Source of the DNA: Alphaproteobacteria bacterium
GTDB lineage: Bacteria; Pseudomonadota; Alphaproteobacteria; MPNO01; UBA830
NCBI GenBank assembly: GCA_964291215.2
Contig: OZ219791.1
Coordinates: 2,144,001-2,208,000, forward strand
Length of the DNA stretch: 64,000 bases
Direction of reading: 5' to 3'
Positions 54,065 through 64,000 of this stretch are shown in pieces. Below the pieces are notes generated by a model. The model was not told where the DNA came from, ran no database searches, and saw only the letters and a list, made by a program, of their open reading frames with translations. Both the position numbers and the translations under genes were made by a program. Each line of letters opens with the position of its first letter. The stretch's first letter is position 1.

Positions 54065-55105
54065 CTAGAAAGCACCGTCGCGACTGGCATATTCGGTCGG
54101 TTTGTCATAGGCAGCGCCGTCGGCCAAAAGCCAGCCGGCAACCCAATCGACCATGGTGAGTAGCGGCACCGAAGGATTGCCGAACAGGCGCGTCGCCTCG
54201 CCGGTATCGACCAGCCAGCATTCGTCCGCTTCCGTCCCTTCGAATTCCGGCACCCGGCCGAAGCATTCGCCAAAAGTCAGGGCGAGGGCACGCACGCTGG
54301 CGGTTTCCGGGCCCGAAACGTTGAGCGGCGTTGTCGGCGTGGTGCAGCGGGCGAGGCAACGCAGGGCGTGGCTGTTGGCGTCGCCCTGCCAGATTACGTT
54401 GACGTTGCCGGTCGTCAGATCAACCGGCGTTCCTGCCAGTACGCGCCTGCCGATATCGTGCAGGACGCCGTAACGCATATCGATGGCGTAATTGAGGCGA
54501 ACAATGCGCCCCGGTGTGCCGTACTTTTCCGAGAAATGTTCGAACATTCGCTCGCGGCCAAGGCAACTCATCGCATATTCACCCATCGGTCCAGGCGGGT
54601 CGGTCTCGCGCGAGCCGCCTTGCGCAATGCGGGCGAATGGATAGACATTCCCGGTAGAGAAGACGACGATACGACTGTCACGGAAGGTCTCAGCGACGAT
54701 GGCCGGCATCGCGACGTTCATCGCCCAGGTCAGCGATAGTGCTCCGACCGTGCCGAACTTGCGCCCAGCCATGAACACGACGTTCGGGCACCGGGGCAGC
54801 GCCGCAACTGCTTCACGATCCATAAGATCGCAGGTTATCGCCTCGACATCGCACGCCCGCAGCTTTTCCTTGACCGTCGGATCGGAAAAGCGCGCGACGC
54901 CGATAACGCGCCGGTTTGGCGCAGCGCGCTTTGCGAGCCGCGCGAGCGTCAACCCCATTTTGCCGCCGACGCCGAGAATCAGGATATCGCCTGCGACCGA
55001 TTCGAGATCACGTACCAAAGCGTCCGAGGGTCGGGTCATGAATTCTTCGAGCGCCACTTCGTCGCTAAACCCTGTGGGCAGTTTGGCCGCGTCGTGCTCT
55101 GCCAT
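54065..55105 (-). CDS. NAD-dependent epimerase/dehydratase
   Basis: LGVGGKMG, FSTGNVY, YAMSCLGRE. Confidence 0.9.
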   Translation of the reverse strand: MAEHDAAKLPTGFSDEVALEEFMTRPSDALVRDLESVAGDILILGVGGKMGLTLARLAKRAAPNRRVIGVARFSDPTVKEKLRACDVEAITCDLMDREAVAALPRCPNVVFMAGRKFGTVGALSLTWAMNVAMPAIVAETFRDSRIVVFSTGNVYPFARIAQGGSRETDPPGPMGEYAMSCLGRERMFEHFSEKYGTPGRIVRLNYAIDMRYGVLHDIGRRVLAGTPVDLTTGNVNVIWQGDANSHALRCLARCTTPTTPLNVSGPETASVRALALTFGECFGRVPEFEGTEADECWLVDTGEATRLFGNPSVPLLTMVDWVAGWLLADGAAYDKPTEYASRDGAF

Positions 55106-55716
55106 CGCTCAATCTCTGTCGTGCTATCAAGGCAGCCCGGGTTGCGCCGGTCGAACGCGGCCGGCGGCTGACCTGTATCGTCCGATGTCCCGAATCCTGC
55201 CATTCTGAAGGGATTTTGGGAATAGAAACGGGAGATGCAATGGTCGATAACGGCTCATGCATCCGGAGCACCGTAGCAGGCACCTGTCCGGCGCCCGACT
55301 GCCTGGTCCACTGCATGCCGGTCGGCATGCCCGGTTTGCGGGTTCGGATCAGTGTCTTCTCAATCTCACGGTCGGGTTGGTAGTTCGTGCCCGCGCGGAA
55401 ATGACCGTTTTGGCTGACCCTCCGGCGAAATTTCGGGTTTGATCCATTCCCGGGGCCTTCGGGTGCTCCGTTTCCAAAGGGATTCCTGCCGATTAGCAGC
55501 GGTACAGGCCTCTTCCAACCGAGAATCCGGCGCAACCTGTCCAATTCCAGCTGCGGGCGGATAACGTTTCGCGTGGCAATTCTCGCGAAGTTTTCCGAAA
55601 ATCCGGCGGATTCCCGGTCGATCGGTCAATTTCCGCCCCAAAGCGGGATTCTTCGTCCCCTCTATATTACGATTTCGCCAATAGAATCGTGCGGTCGTGC
55701 ATTTTTGGGCAGGCAC

Positions 55717-56881
55717 TAGTTAGTCCACCGGCATTGTATTGATGGTTTTTTGTGGGTAGTATTTTCGTGTCGGCGTTCGTTGGAATCTGGACAGTGCCGA
55801 TATCCACACGGGCAGATGCCGAACAGGCAGGCAGCCCCATGCGCAGGTCAGGACAACGGGCATGCCCGCAGGTCTTCGGCGCAATGACAGGAGCGGCGCA
55901 TATGGCCAACTCTCGGGGCAGGAAGCTCTACCGCGTGACCCTTTCGGCGCAGGAGCGCCGGGATCTGAAGGCGATCGGGCACCGGGGGCGCCGGGCACAG
56001 GTCCTGATGCTGAGGGGCGCTTGTCGATGCCGACATTGCGCTGGGCACGGCGACGGTCGAGCGCTTGCGCAAGCGCTGCGGGGGCTGGAGGCCGCCCTCA
56101 GCCGCAAGGAGCAGGTGAACCGCCGGCCGAAACGGGGCGATGGAGGCGAAGCTGGTCGCCCTGCTCGTCCCCGCCCGAGGGCTGTGGACGCTGCTCGCCG
56201 GCCGTCTGGTGGAGATCGTCGAGCGCATTTCGGAAGAGACGGTCAGGAAGACGCTAAAAAAAGAGATCAAGCCGTGGCTGAACTGGTGCATTCCACCGCA
56301 CCGGAGCGCACAGTTCGTGGCGGCGGATGTGCTTGACATTTATCAGCGGGACTTTGCCAGGGACGAGGTGCTGAGACCAGCCGGCAGCAGACGAAGGAAA
56401 CCCCCCGGTTAGCCGGAGGTGGTCGACTATGAATATGAGCGCAACGGCACGGCCAACCTCTTCCTGGCCTTTGCGCCCAACGAGAACTGGCGCACGGTGA
56501 AAGTCACCGACCGCCGCGGGACCGGGCACACTTCATCCGGGAGCTTGCCGACGACCATTTCCCCGACAGGAAGATCGTGCTGGACAATCTGAACACGCAC
56601 AGTCGCTGTATGAAGCCTTCGAGCCCGAGGAGGCGGGTGCGAAAGCGGTTCGAGTTTCGCTATACGCCGAAGCTGGCTCAACATGGCCGAGATCGGTGCG
56701 CTGTCGCGGCAGTGCCTTCGGCGACGCATTCCCGACCGCGACACCATGCTGCGGGAAACGGCGGCGTGGGTGGAACGGCGCAATGCGGCCGATGTCACCG
56801 TCGACTGGCGTTTCACGACGAAGGATGCCCGGACGAAACTGAAGTCACTATATCCGTCAATTCAATAATGTTAGACTACTA
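55717..56881 (+). mobile_element. Degraded IS630-family element (ends approximate)
   Basis: Fragments KLYRVTLS, ETVRKTLKK.EIKPW, DYEYERNGT, LDNLNTH, VDWRFTTKDARTKL spread over several frames; CTAG at both ends. Confidence 0.85.
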
Positions 56882-57076
56882 GTTCAGCTCCGGAGATTGC
56901 GCAGCCATTCGAAGGGAGTCTCTCGACGTTTGGCGTGGACGCCTCGTGTTTGTCACTTTCTCCATGGCTGACCGGCTCGTCCGGGTCGTTGGCCAGGTCG
57001 AAGGTCGCGGCTGGCCTTGAACTGTCCGGCCTCGAATCCTTGAGGGAAGCGGATATCTGCAACTGCGAGTGGAAGG

Positions 57077-57802
57077 TCAGGCGCCGGTCGGCCGGGCGTC
57101 GCGCTGCAGCTTCCCTTCCAGGCATTCGTTCCAGAAGTTGTCCCAGTGATCGAGATAGCTGTCGATGCACCAGAGCATCTGGTCCTGCAATTCGCGGGTA
57201 GTGCAGGCATCGAGCACGGTAGCAAGTGCCGTTTCCGAATGCTCTTCGTCGCCCTCGATATGGACGATCCAGCTTTCCTGATCCTTGTCCTCGACGCCGT
57301 AGTGGTCGCGCAGCCCCTCGGAGATCATCCGGCACATTTCGGGAGCATGACTCTCGGATGCCACACCGGAATTGCCGAGCGCGACCGTGACCGGCATTTC
57401 GCGTGCGACCTTGAAGCGGTAGGCGGTCATGTCCTGGATCGCCTGCGGTACCGGGTGGGCCTCGACCTCGTCCTCCGAAAGCCCGGTGAAGTGCGAGGCG
57501 AACTCCATGGCGAGCATGTCGTGCCCGGCCGATCCGCAACGAAGCTCGGTATCCTCGTCGATGAGGGTGTCCATGATGCGGCGGCGGATGTCGCGGTCGT
57601 CACAGCGCGAATGGATCGTGGACACGACCTGAGGAGTCCATTTCGTAAAATGGTAGAAAAGTACGGCCAGATAGCCGACCTGTTCGCGCGACGCCGTACC
57701 ATTGGCAATCATCTTGACCATGTCATGGTCCGAATGCCGTTTCCCCACGAAACGGGTTTCCATTTCGGCGAGGAACTCCTCGCGACTCCGCGCCTTGGCC
57801 AT
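57077..57802 (-). CDS. Heme-oxygenase-like (PqqC/CADD/TenA superfamily) iron redox protein
   Basis: All-helical; DE....H (LIDEDT..AGH), ASE and VHIEGDEEH metal-ligand pattern. Confidence 0.7.
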   Translation of the reverse strand: MAKARSREEFLAEMETRFVGKRHSDHDMVKMIANGTASREQVGYLAVLFYHFTKWTPQVVSTIHSRCDDRDIRRRIMDTLIDEDTELRCGSAGHDMLAMEFASHFTGLSEDEVEAHPVPQAIQDMTAYRFKVAREMPVTVALGNSGVASESHAPEMCRMISEGLRDHYGVEDKDQESWIVHIEGDEEHSETALATVLDACTTRELQDQMLWCIDSYLDHWDNFWNECLEGKLQRDARPTGA

Positions 57803-57929
57803 TTTCCGGATTCCTTGTTCCACTTTGTGCTGGCAGTCCCGGAAGCTATTATCTGACATTCGCTGGCCATGCGGCAAGCCCTGTATAGTGGTGAGCCTTG
57901 GCGGATCCGGCAGGAGGGGAGACAAGCAG

Positions 57930-58904
57930 ATGACGGATACGGCCAAGGTGGATGCCCTGCGCAATGCCGGCAACCTTGAAGCGCTCTATGCAGCCCTTGA
58001 TCCGCTGGACATGACGCCGGGCTGGGTCGACCGGGAGAAACCGATCCTCTCGGTGGAACCGGATACCGAGTTCAAACCAATGCACTGGAAATATGGCGAA
58101 TGCCGCGCCGCCCTGGATGCGGCCGGCCGCCTGATTAATACGGAACTCGCGGAACGGCGAAACCTGATCCTGCGCAATCCCGTCAAGGGCAATGACATCG
58201 CGACAACGCGGACCCTGGTCAACGCCTACCAGATGATCCTGCCTGGCGAGGAGGCGCGGACTCACCGCCACGCGCCGCACGCACTGCGGGTGATCATCGA
58301 CAGCGAAGGTTCGTACTCGGTCGTCAATGGCGAGAAGCATCCGATGGAGACCGGGGACATTGTGCTGACGCCGGGCTGGTGCTGGCATGGCCACGGTCAT
58401 GACGGCGATAAGCCGGCCTACTGGCTCGACGGCCTCGATGTGCCGCTGACGCATCTTCTCGAGCCGATGTTCTTCGAGGAACATCCGGGCGGTTTTGCGC
58501 CGATCGAACGGGTCACGCCCGATTCCCCGTACCGCTTCACCTGGGACATGATTCGGGATTGGCTTGATGCCGCCGAGCCGGATCCCGAGGGCTTCTTCGG
58601 CCGGCGCATACGGCTGGAAGCCGACGAGATGCCGACGATAGGCATTTATGTCGAACGTCTCGAAGCCGGCCAGAACACGCGCCGTTTTCGCCATGCCGCA
58701 AATTGCGTCTACAGCCCGATGATGGGTTCTGGAATCTCGGAAGTGGGCGGAGTGACGATCCGCTGGTCACGAGGCGATGTCTTCGCCGCGCCAATCTGGA
58801 ACTGGATCGAGCACCGTGTCGATGAGGACACGGTCATGTTCGTCATGACCGACGAGTTCCTGATGCGGTTTGGCAAGTATTACAGGTTTGAAGGGCACGC
58901 ATAA
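57930..58904 (+). CDS. Bicupin ring-cleavage dioxygenase, gentisate 1,2-dioxygenase-like
   Basis: AERRNLILRNP, ARTHRH, GDIVLTPGWCWHGHG, WLDGLDVP. Confidence 0.88.
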   Translation: MTDTAKVDALRNAGNLEALYAALDPLDMTPGWVDREKPILSVEPDTEFKPMHWKYGECRAALDAAGRLINTELAERRNLILRNPVKGNDIATTRTLVNAYQMILPGEEARTHRHAPHALRVIIDSEGSYSVVNGEKHPMETGDIVLTPGWCWHGHGHDGDKPAYWLDGLDVPLTHLLEPMFFEEHPGGFAPIERVTPDSPYRFTWDMIRDWLDAAEPDPEGFFGRRIRLEADEMPTIGIYVERLEAGQNTRRFRHAANCVYSPMMGSGISEVGGVTIRWSRGDVFAAPIWNWIEHRVDEDTVMFVMTDEFLMRFGKYYRFEGHA

Positions 58905-58975
58905 ACAGCCGCTTTGCCGGTACCGGTGTCCACGGCGGGTGCCGGCCGGGCGCTCCGGGCGGCGGGGACATCGGC

Positions 58976-60277
58976 TCAGCCGCGGCTGTCGACGAATCTC
59001 TGCTGTTTGATCTGGCTTTGGAAGTGTCTTTCGAGGGTCCCGGGCTCGACCACTTCGACCTCGGGCGTGAGTTCGAAGGTCCGACGGACTTCTCCGACAA
59101 GGGAAGCGACTGTCTCCCCGGCCGCTGCACCGGTGCGGAGTTCCACGGCCACCTGCATCGCGTCGAGGCCTTCCGTTTCGACAATCTCGACCTTGAAGTC
59201 CGATATCTCCATGCGGCGGTGCATGAAGTCCTCGAAGTCTGCATGGTTGATGTTGACTCCCCGGACCTTGAAGAAGCCCGCGGTGCGCGCGCCGTGACGG
59301 ACCACCGGATAGATCGACAGCGGTCCCTCGGTCGCGCCCTGCCCGACCATGGTGACGTAATCCCCGGTTTCCCATCGCAGGAACGGAGTCATTTCGTTGT
59401 TCCAGTAGGGTGTCATCACGAGCAGGCCCGATTCGCCATCGGCGACGGGCGCTCCTGAATTCTCGTCGACGACCTCAATGTCGAACATGTCCGTCCACAT
59501 GTGGAGGCCGTCGTGACAGCCCGATTCGCTCGCCATAAACGAGCCCTCGGTGCAGCCGAACTGGTCGTACATCTCGGCGCCCCACAGCGCCTCGATGCGT
59601 TCGCGCTTGGCCGGAGAAACGGGCTCCGCGGCGGTGAGAAACAGCTTCACCGAGCTTGACGCAAGGTCGAAACCCATTCGCTCGGCGACCTGGGCGAGTT
59701 GAAGCCCGTAACTCGCCATCCCGCACCACACTGTTGGCCTGAGGGTCTCGATGAGCCGGATCTGCAGCTCGGACGGGGTCGAGTTGCCGGCGCCGCACCA
59801 GTTCACGCCGATACCCATCTGCTGCGCCGTGCGGCAGTAGAGCTGCCCGACCGGATGAATGCCGAGGGGAAAGGAGACATGGGCAATATCGGCGGTCGTC
59901 ACTCCGGCGCAATCCCAGGCGCGCCGGAAACCCTCGCGGGCGAGACGGAGGTCGTTGCGGTTGCGCGGATAGAACAGCGGTTGCCCGGTCGACCCGCCGG
60001 AACGCCAGAACTCGAGAACGTCTTCGCGCGCGCCGATGCAGAACTCCTCATGAAACCGCGCTGCCGGGATGGTCCGCAACTGATCCTTGGTCATGATCGG
60101 AATCCGCGACCATTCCTCCGGCTCGTGGATGTGCCGAAGGTCGACATGGTCGAGCTTTCCGCGGAAGAAGGCCGACTGCCGGGCGCGTTCAACCGCGAGC
60201 CGCCTGCGTTCCCGCCTGATGCATACGACATGGTCCGGCGAGGGCGCGGGGAACGGTAGTTCCGGCGTCTCCCACAT
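58976..60277 (-). CDS. Phenylacetate-CoA ligase (PaaK)-like protein
   Basis: RSGGSTGQP, DQFGCTE, FLRWETGD, KVRGVNI. Confidence 0.85.
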   Translation of the reverse strand: MWETPELPFPAPSPDHVVCIRRERRRLAVERARQSAFFRGKLDHVDLRHIHEPEEWSRIPIMTKDQLRTIPAARFHEEFCIGAREDVLEFWRSGGSTGQPLFYPRNRNDLRLAREGFRRAWDCAGVTTADIAHVSFPLGIHPVGQLYCRTAQQMGIGVNWCGAGNSTPSELQIRLIETLRPTVWCGMASYGLQLAQVAERMGFDLASSSVKLFLTAAEPVSPAKRERIEALWGAEMYDQFGCTEGSFMASESGCHDGLHMWTDMFDIEVVDENSGAPVADGESGLLVMTPYWNNEMTPFLRWETGDYVTMVGQGATEGPLSIYPVVRHGARTAGFFKVRGVNINHADFEDFMHRRMEISDFKVEIVETEGLDAMQVAVELRTGAAAGETVASLVGEVRRTFELTPEVEVVEPGTLERHFQSQIKQQRFVDSRG

Positions 60278-60298
60278 TGCCTGCTCTCCCCCTCGCCG

Positions 60299-61939
60299 TC
60301 AGGCGTCGTTGCGATCTCCAAGCTCCTTCGCGCGCTCGCGGAGGATGAATTTCTGGATCTTGCCGGTTGATGTCTTCGGTAGCGGACCGAATATCACGGT
60401 GCGTGGCACCTTGAAGCGCGCCATGCTGTCGCGGCAGAATTCGATGATTTCCGCTTCATCGGCGTCGGCGCCGTCTTTCAGCGTTACGAACGCGCACGGA
60501 CTTTCGCCCCACTTGCTGTCCGGCCGGGCGGCCACCGCGGCCTCGAGCACCTTCGGATGACGGTAGAGAATGCCCTCGACCTCGATCGAAGAGATGTTCT
60601 CGCCGCCAGAGATGATGATGTCCTTCGAGCGGTCCTTGATCTCGACATAGCCGTCCCCGTGCCAGACACCGAGATCACCCGAATGGAGCCAGCCGTCGGC
60701 AAAGGCTTCGTCCGTGGCAGCAGGATTCTTGAGATAGCCCTTCATGACGACGTTGCCGCGAAAGAAGATCTCGCCCATGGTCTCCCCGTCCTTCGGAACC
60801 GGTTCGAGTGTTTCGGGGTCCGCGACCATGAGTGATTCGAGCACGTTGTAGCGGACGCCCTGCCGGGCCTTGAGCGCCGCCCTGTCGGCGATCGGCTTGC
60901 CGTCCCATTCGGGATGCCACGCGCTGACCACCGATGGTCCGTAGGTTTCCGTCAGACCGTAGACGTGGGTGACGGAGAAACCCTGGCTTTCCATGGCCTC
61001 TATGACTGCCGCCGGTGGCGCTGCGCCGGCCGTCATTGCCTGAACCGTGTGGCTGAGGGGGCGGCGTACCTGCTCCGGCGCGTTCGCGATCATGTTGAGC
61101 ACGATGGGGGCGCCGCAGAAATGCGTGATGCCGTGCTTCTCGATGGCTTCGAATATCGGCGCGGCCTCAACCCGCCTGAGGCAGACGTTGGTTCCGGCCA
61201 GGGCGGCGACGGTCCAGGGAAAGCACCAGCCGTTGCAGTGGAACAGCGGCAGCGTCCAGAGATAAATCGGGTGCGGAGGCATCGCCCATACCATCATGTT
61301 GCCGATGGAGTTGAGAAAGGCGCCGCGGTGGTGATAGACGACGCCCTTCGGATTGCCGGTGGTGCCCGACGTGTAGTTGAGCGAGCAGGAATTCCATTCG
61401 TCGGACGGCCAGTCCCAGGCGAAATCAGGGTCGCCCCCGGCAATGAACTCCTCGTATTCCGCCTGTCCGAGAAGCTCGCCGCCGTCAGAGACCGGGTCGT
61501 CGACATCGATCACGAACGGCTTGTTCTCGATCTGGGCCAGTGCCCCCGCGATCGTTTCCGAGAATTCGCGGTCGATCAGCAGGATCTTTGCTTCGCCATG
61601 CTCGAGAATGAAGGCGACGGCGTCGGCATCCAGCCGCACGTTGATGGCGTTCAGCACGCCCCCCATCATCATCACGCCGAAATGCGCCTCAATCATCGCC
61701 GGTACGTTGGGAAGCATCGCGGCAACTGTTTCGCCCTTTTTGAGGCCATGCCGGGTGAGCGCGCTCGCCAGCCGCTGGCAGCGTACATAGGTCTCCGACC
61801 AACTGCGCCTGATTTCGCCGTGGATGACCGCTGTACGGTCGGGAAAGACCGATGCTGCGCGTTCGATGAAGCTTAGCGGCGTCAGGGCCCGGAAATTCGC
61901 GGCATTTTTGTCGAGATCGGTCTCGAATGGATTGATCAT
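60299..61939 (-). CDS. Acyl-CoA synthetase (AMP-forming)
   Basis: YTSGTTGNPKG, YGLTE, HSGDL, DRSKDIIISGGENI, PKTSTGKIQK. Confidence 0.95.
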   Translation of the reverse strand: MINPFETDLDKNAANFRALTPLSFIERAASVFPDRTAVIHGEIRRSWSETYVRCQRLASALTRHGLKKGETVAAMLPNVPAMIEAHFGVMMMGGVLNAINVRLDADAVAFILEHGEAKILLIDREFSETIAGALAQIENKPFVIDVDDPVSDGGELLGQAEYEEFIAGGDPDFAWDWPSDEWNSCSLNYTSGTTGNPKGVVYHHRGAFLNSIGNMMVWAMPPHPIYLWTLPLFHCNGWCFPWTVAALAGTNVCLRRVEAAPIFEAIEKHGITHFCGAPIVLNMIANAPEQVRRPLSHTVQAMTAGAAPPAAVIEAMESQGFSVTHVYGLTETYGPSVVSAWHPEWDGKPIADRAALKARQGVRYNVLESLMVADPETLEPVPKDGETMGEIFFRGNVVMKGYLKNPAATDEAFADGWLHSGDLGVWHGDGYVEIKDRSKDIIISGGENISSIEVEGILYRHPKVLEAAVAARPDSKWGESPCAFVTLKDGADADEAEIIEFCRDSMARFKVPRTVIFGPLPKTSTGKIQKFILRERAKELGDRNDA

Positions 61940-62049
61940 GATGGTCCTCCGGTTGAGACAGCCCGGTGGGGTTGGCTGGAGACCAACCGATCATTGCAGA
62001 ATACGATCGCAAAATCGATCGTGTTGCACACCCGCCACACTGGAGAAAA

Positions 62050-62123
62050 TGGAGGCCCGGGCCGGACTCGAACCGGCGTAAACGGATTTGCAGTCCGCTG
62101 GATAGCCTCTCTCCCACCGGGCC
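62050..62123 (-). tRNA. tRNA-Cys(GCA)
   Basis: GGCCCGG...CTGCAAA...GGCCTCCA, 74 nt. Confidence 0.96.
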
Positions 62124-62224
62124 GGGAGGCAGGGAAAGTTCCGTATAGCAGGCTTGTATATTGTGTCCCCGGTTTGTGGTCAAACACAGACAGTTGGCGC
62201 ATTGCGCGGCACCGGTCGGCATGC

Positions 62225-62690
62225 GTAAGCGTTCGTTCGTGCGGTGATGACGATCTGCGCTGAGGTTTGTTTTGGTGATTCGGAGAAGGGGGCTGGTAGA
62301 TTTTTTTGGCGGTGCCATCAGGTCGTGCATGGTCATGTGCATCGAGGATTTCGTGTCATCATCGGGTGCGGACGCCGCTGGCGACGTGCCGCAGTCGTCG
62401 TGTCGTGATTCGGCCACCTGGAAGTCCCGGTACGATCGCGAGCGTATTCGAGCCGAGGCGGCGGAAGCCCGCACGGCGGCTGCGGAGGGTCGCTGTGAGG
62501 AGTTGCGCTTGCAGGAGGTGGAGGGGCCGCGCGAATTCCCTGAAGGCGGTTTTCGAGAGCAAGCGTGAGAAGCTGGCAGTTGCCCGCCCGGCGGTGCACG
62601 AAACCGCTCCGGGTGACGCTGGAACTCCCTGACAAAAGCCCGTCAAACGGACGAAAACAACAACACCTCACCGCACGAACGAACGCTTAC
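62225..62690 (+). mobile_element. Non-autonomous IS66 derivative (466 bp)
   Basis: Perfect 23-bp TIR GTAAGCGTTCGTTCGTGCGGTGA; 8-bp TSD CGGCATGC. Confidence 0.92.
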
Positions 62691-62881
62691 CGGCATGCGG
62701 TCTGCTGTCGCCAGGTGGGCGATACCGTGTCCGGCTTGAATTTTTTGCTGCCTATATGATTTTGGCGGCCCCGGTGGCATAGTGCGCCCCGACAGGGAGG
62801 CGTTTGGTCGGAATTGCTCGGAAGTGGCGGTTTGAATCTCGTCTTCCGGAACGTAGACTGGCTGAAAGAGATGTGCAGGTA

Positions 62882-63541
62882 ATGCGGGACATGCAGACGC
62901 AGCGTCTGGCCATGGTGGAGTCGCAGCTCCGCACCGATCGGGTGACGGACAAGCGGCTGCTCGACGCCATGGCTGAAATTCCCCGGGAGCGATTTGTTCC
63001 CGACGGCCGCCGACATCTCGCCTATATCGACGAGGATATCCCGATCGGCCACGGGCGGCACCTGCTTGAACCGCGGGTATTTGCACGGTTGGTGCAGGCA
63101 GCGGAAATCTCGGATTCCGATGTGGTGCTGGATATCGGCTGCGGGTCAGGCTATTCGGCGACCGTCCTCGGCCGTCTTGCCCAAGCTGTGGTTGCCGTCG
63201 AATCCGCGCCTGAACTGATCGAAATGGCCGGCAGTTCGGTGGACGAGGCGGACCAGGACAACATCGTCTTCCAGGTCGGGCAGCTGGCGGACGGCAGGCC
63301 GGGACAGGCACCCTATGATGTCATATTCATCAACGGTGCGGTCCAGCAGGTGCCCGAGACGCTTCTGTCGCAACTCGCGGAGGGAGGGCGGCTCTGCACC
63401 GTGCTTCGTCCGGATGACGGGCCCGGCCGAGCCGTGATCATGCTGCACACCGATGGTCAGGTTTCACAGCGGCCGATCTTCAACGCGAACGTGCCGGTTC
63501 TCGTCGAATTCAACAGAACAAGGAGCTTCGTCTTCTCATGA
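62882..63541 (+). CDS. pcm: Protein-L-isoaspartate O-methyltransferase
   Basis: MVESQLR, IPRERFV, LDIGCGSGY, APYDVI; upstream of tolC. Confidence 0.9.
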   Translation: MRDMQTQRLAMVESQLRTDRVTDKRLLDAMAEIPRERFVPDGRRHLAYIDEDIPIGHGRHLLEPRVFARLVQAAEISDSDVVLDIGCGSGYSATVLGRLAQAVVAVESAPELIEMAGSSVDEADQDNIVFQVGQLADGRPGQAPYDVIFINGAVQQVPETLLSQLAEGGRLCTVLRPDDGPGRAVIMLHTDGQVSQRPIFNANVPVLVEFNRTRSFVFS

Positions 63542-64000
63542 GACATCGTGTGACGGGTTTCCTAATGATCGTGCTGGCCGGTGCCGCGACTGCCGTGGCC
63601 CAAGCCCAGTCCCTGGAAGATACCCTTGTCATGGCCTACCGGAACAATCCTGCGCTACAGTCTGCCCGGGCCAGACTCGCCGCTTCCCAAGAGGACATCG
63701 AGCAGGTGCGGGCGCAGGCGATGCCGCGCATCGATTTTTCCGTCCGTGGCTACCAATGGGAAAATATCCAGCGCAGCGGCACGGACTTAGACAGCAACAA
63801 GTCCGATGTGCTCAATCAGATCATCCTGAGACAGAGCCTCAGGGTGGGGATGAATGTCATTCCCGCCATCAAGGTCGCGCGGTTCATAGTTGAATCCGAC
63901 CGGGTGCAGTTGTCGTTGGTCGAGCAGAACGTCCTGTTCGACGCCGCGACGGCCTATGCCGACGTGATCCGGGACCAGGCGGTCCTCGAGTTGAACGTGA
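63538..64000 (+). CDS. TolC family outer membrane protein, 3'-partial
   Basis: Signal peptide, then QSLEDTLVMAYRNNPALQSARA...EQNVLFDAATAYADV; ATGA overlap with pcm. Confidence 0.88.
   Translation, partial: MRHRVTGFLMIVLAGAATAVAQAQSLEDTLVMAYRNNPALQSARARLAASQEDIEQVRAQAMPRIDFSVRGYQWENIQRSGTDLDSNKSDVLNQIILRQSLRVGMNVIPAIKVARFIVESDRVQLSLVEQNVLFDAATAYADVIRDQAVLELNV

Noticed and set aside
55400-55810. Replication origin
   Set aside because: No cluster of DnaA boxes; only one mismatched box, inside the IS relic.

Overview
GC-rich alphaproteobacterial (Rhodospirillales-like) chromosomal window. 1-8040 is a rearranged type I restriction-modification (RM) locus. In order it holds: hsdS fused to the tail of a nucleotidyltransferase-like domain, a frameshifted HTH-ImmA/IrrE peptidase, DUF4411, a cassette bounded by 262-bp direct repeats (HsdR/half-HsdS chimera, Schlafen/AlbA_2 protein, internally deleted DUF4411), and a dead hsdR cut off by a MITE that carries an IS630 relic. 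Core and metabolic genes follow: tRNA-Pro, Lrp plus a PDH-E1-like gene, tRNA-Leu-tig-clpP-clpX-lon, hydrolases, vapBC, a GST, sseA-metC-cobW-modABC and MoxR/VWA. 36-44 kb is a decayed accessory zone: IS66 with a methylase passenger, a fused higB-higA pair, an IS30 relic, a MITE, and a DUF429 + SLOG pair beside tRNA-Asn. The rest is an uncharacterised catabolic/ABC cluster, aromatic and acyl-CoA genes, tRNA-Cys, an IS66-derived MITE and pcm-tolC. No CRISPR array or rRNA was seen. All family assignments come from motif recognition by eye, not from database searches.
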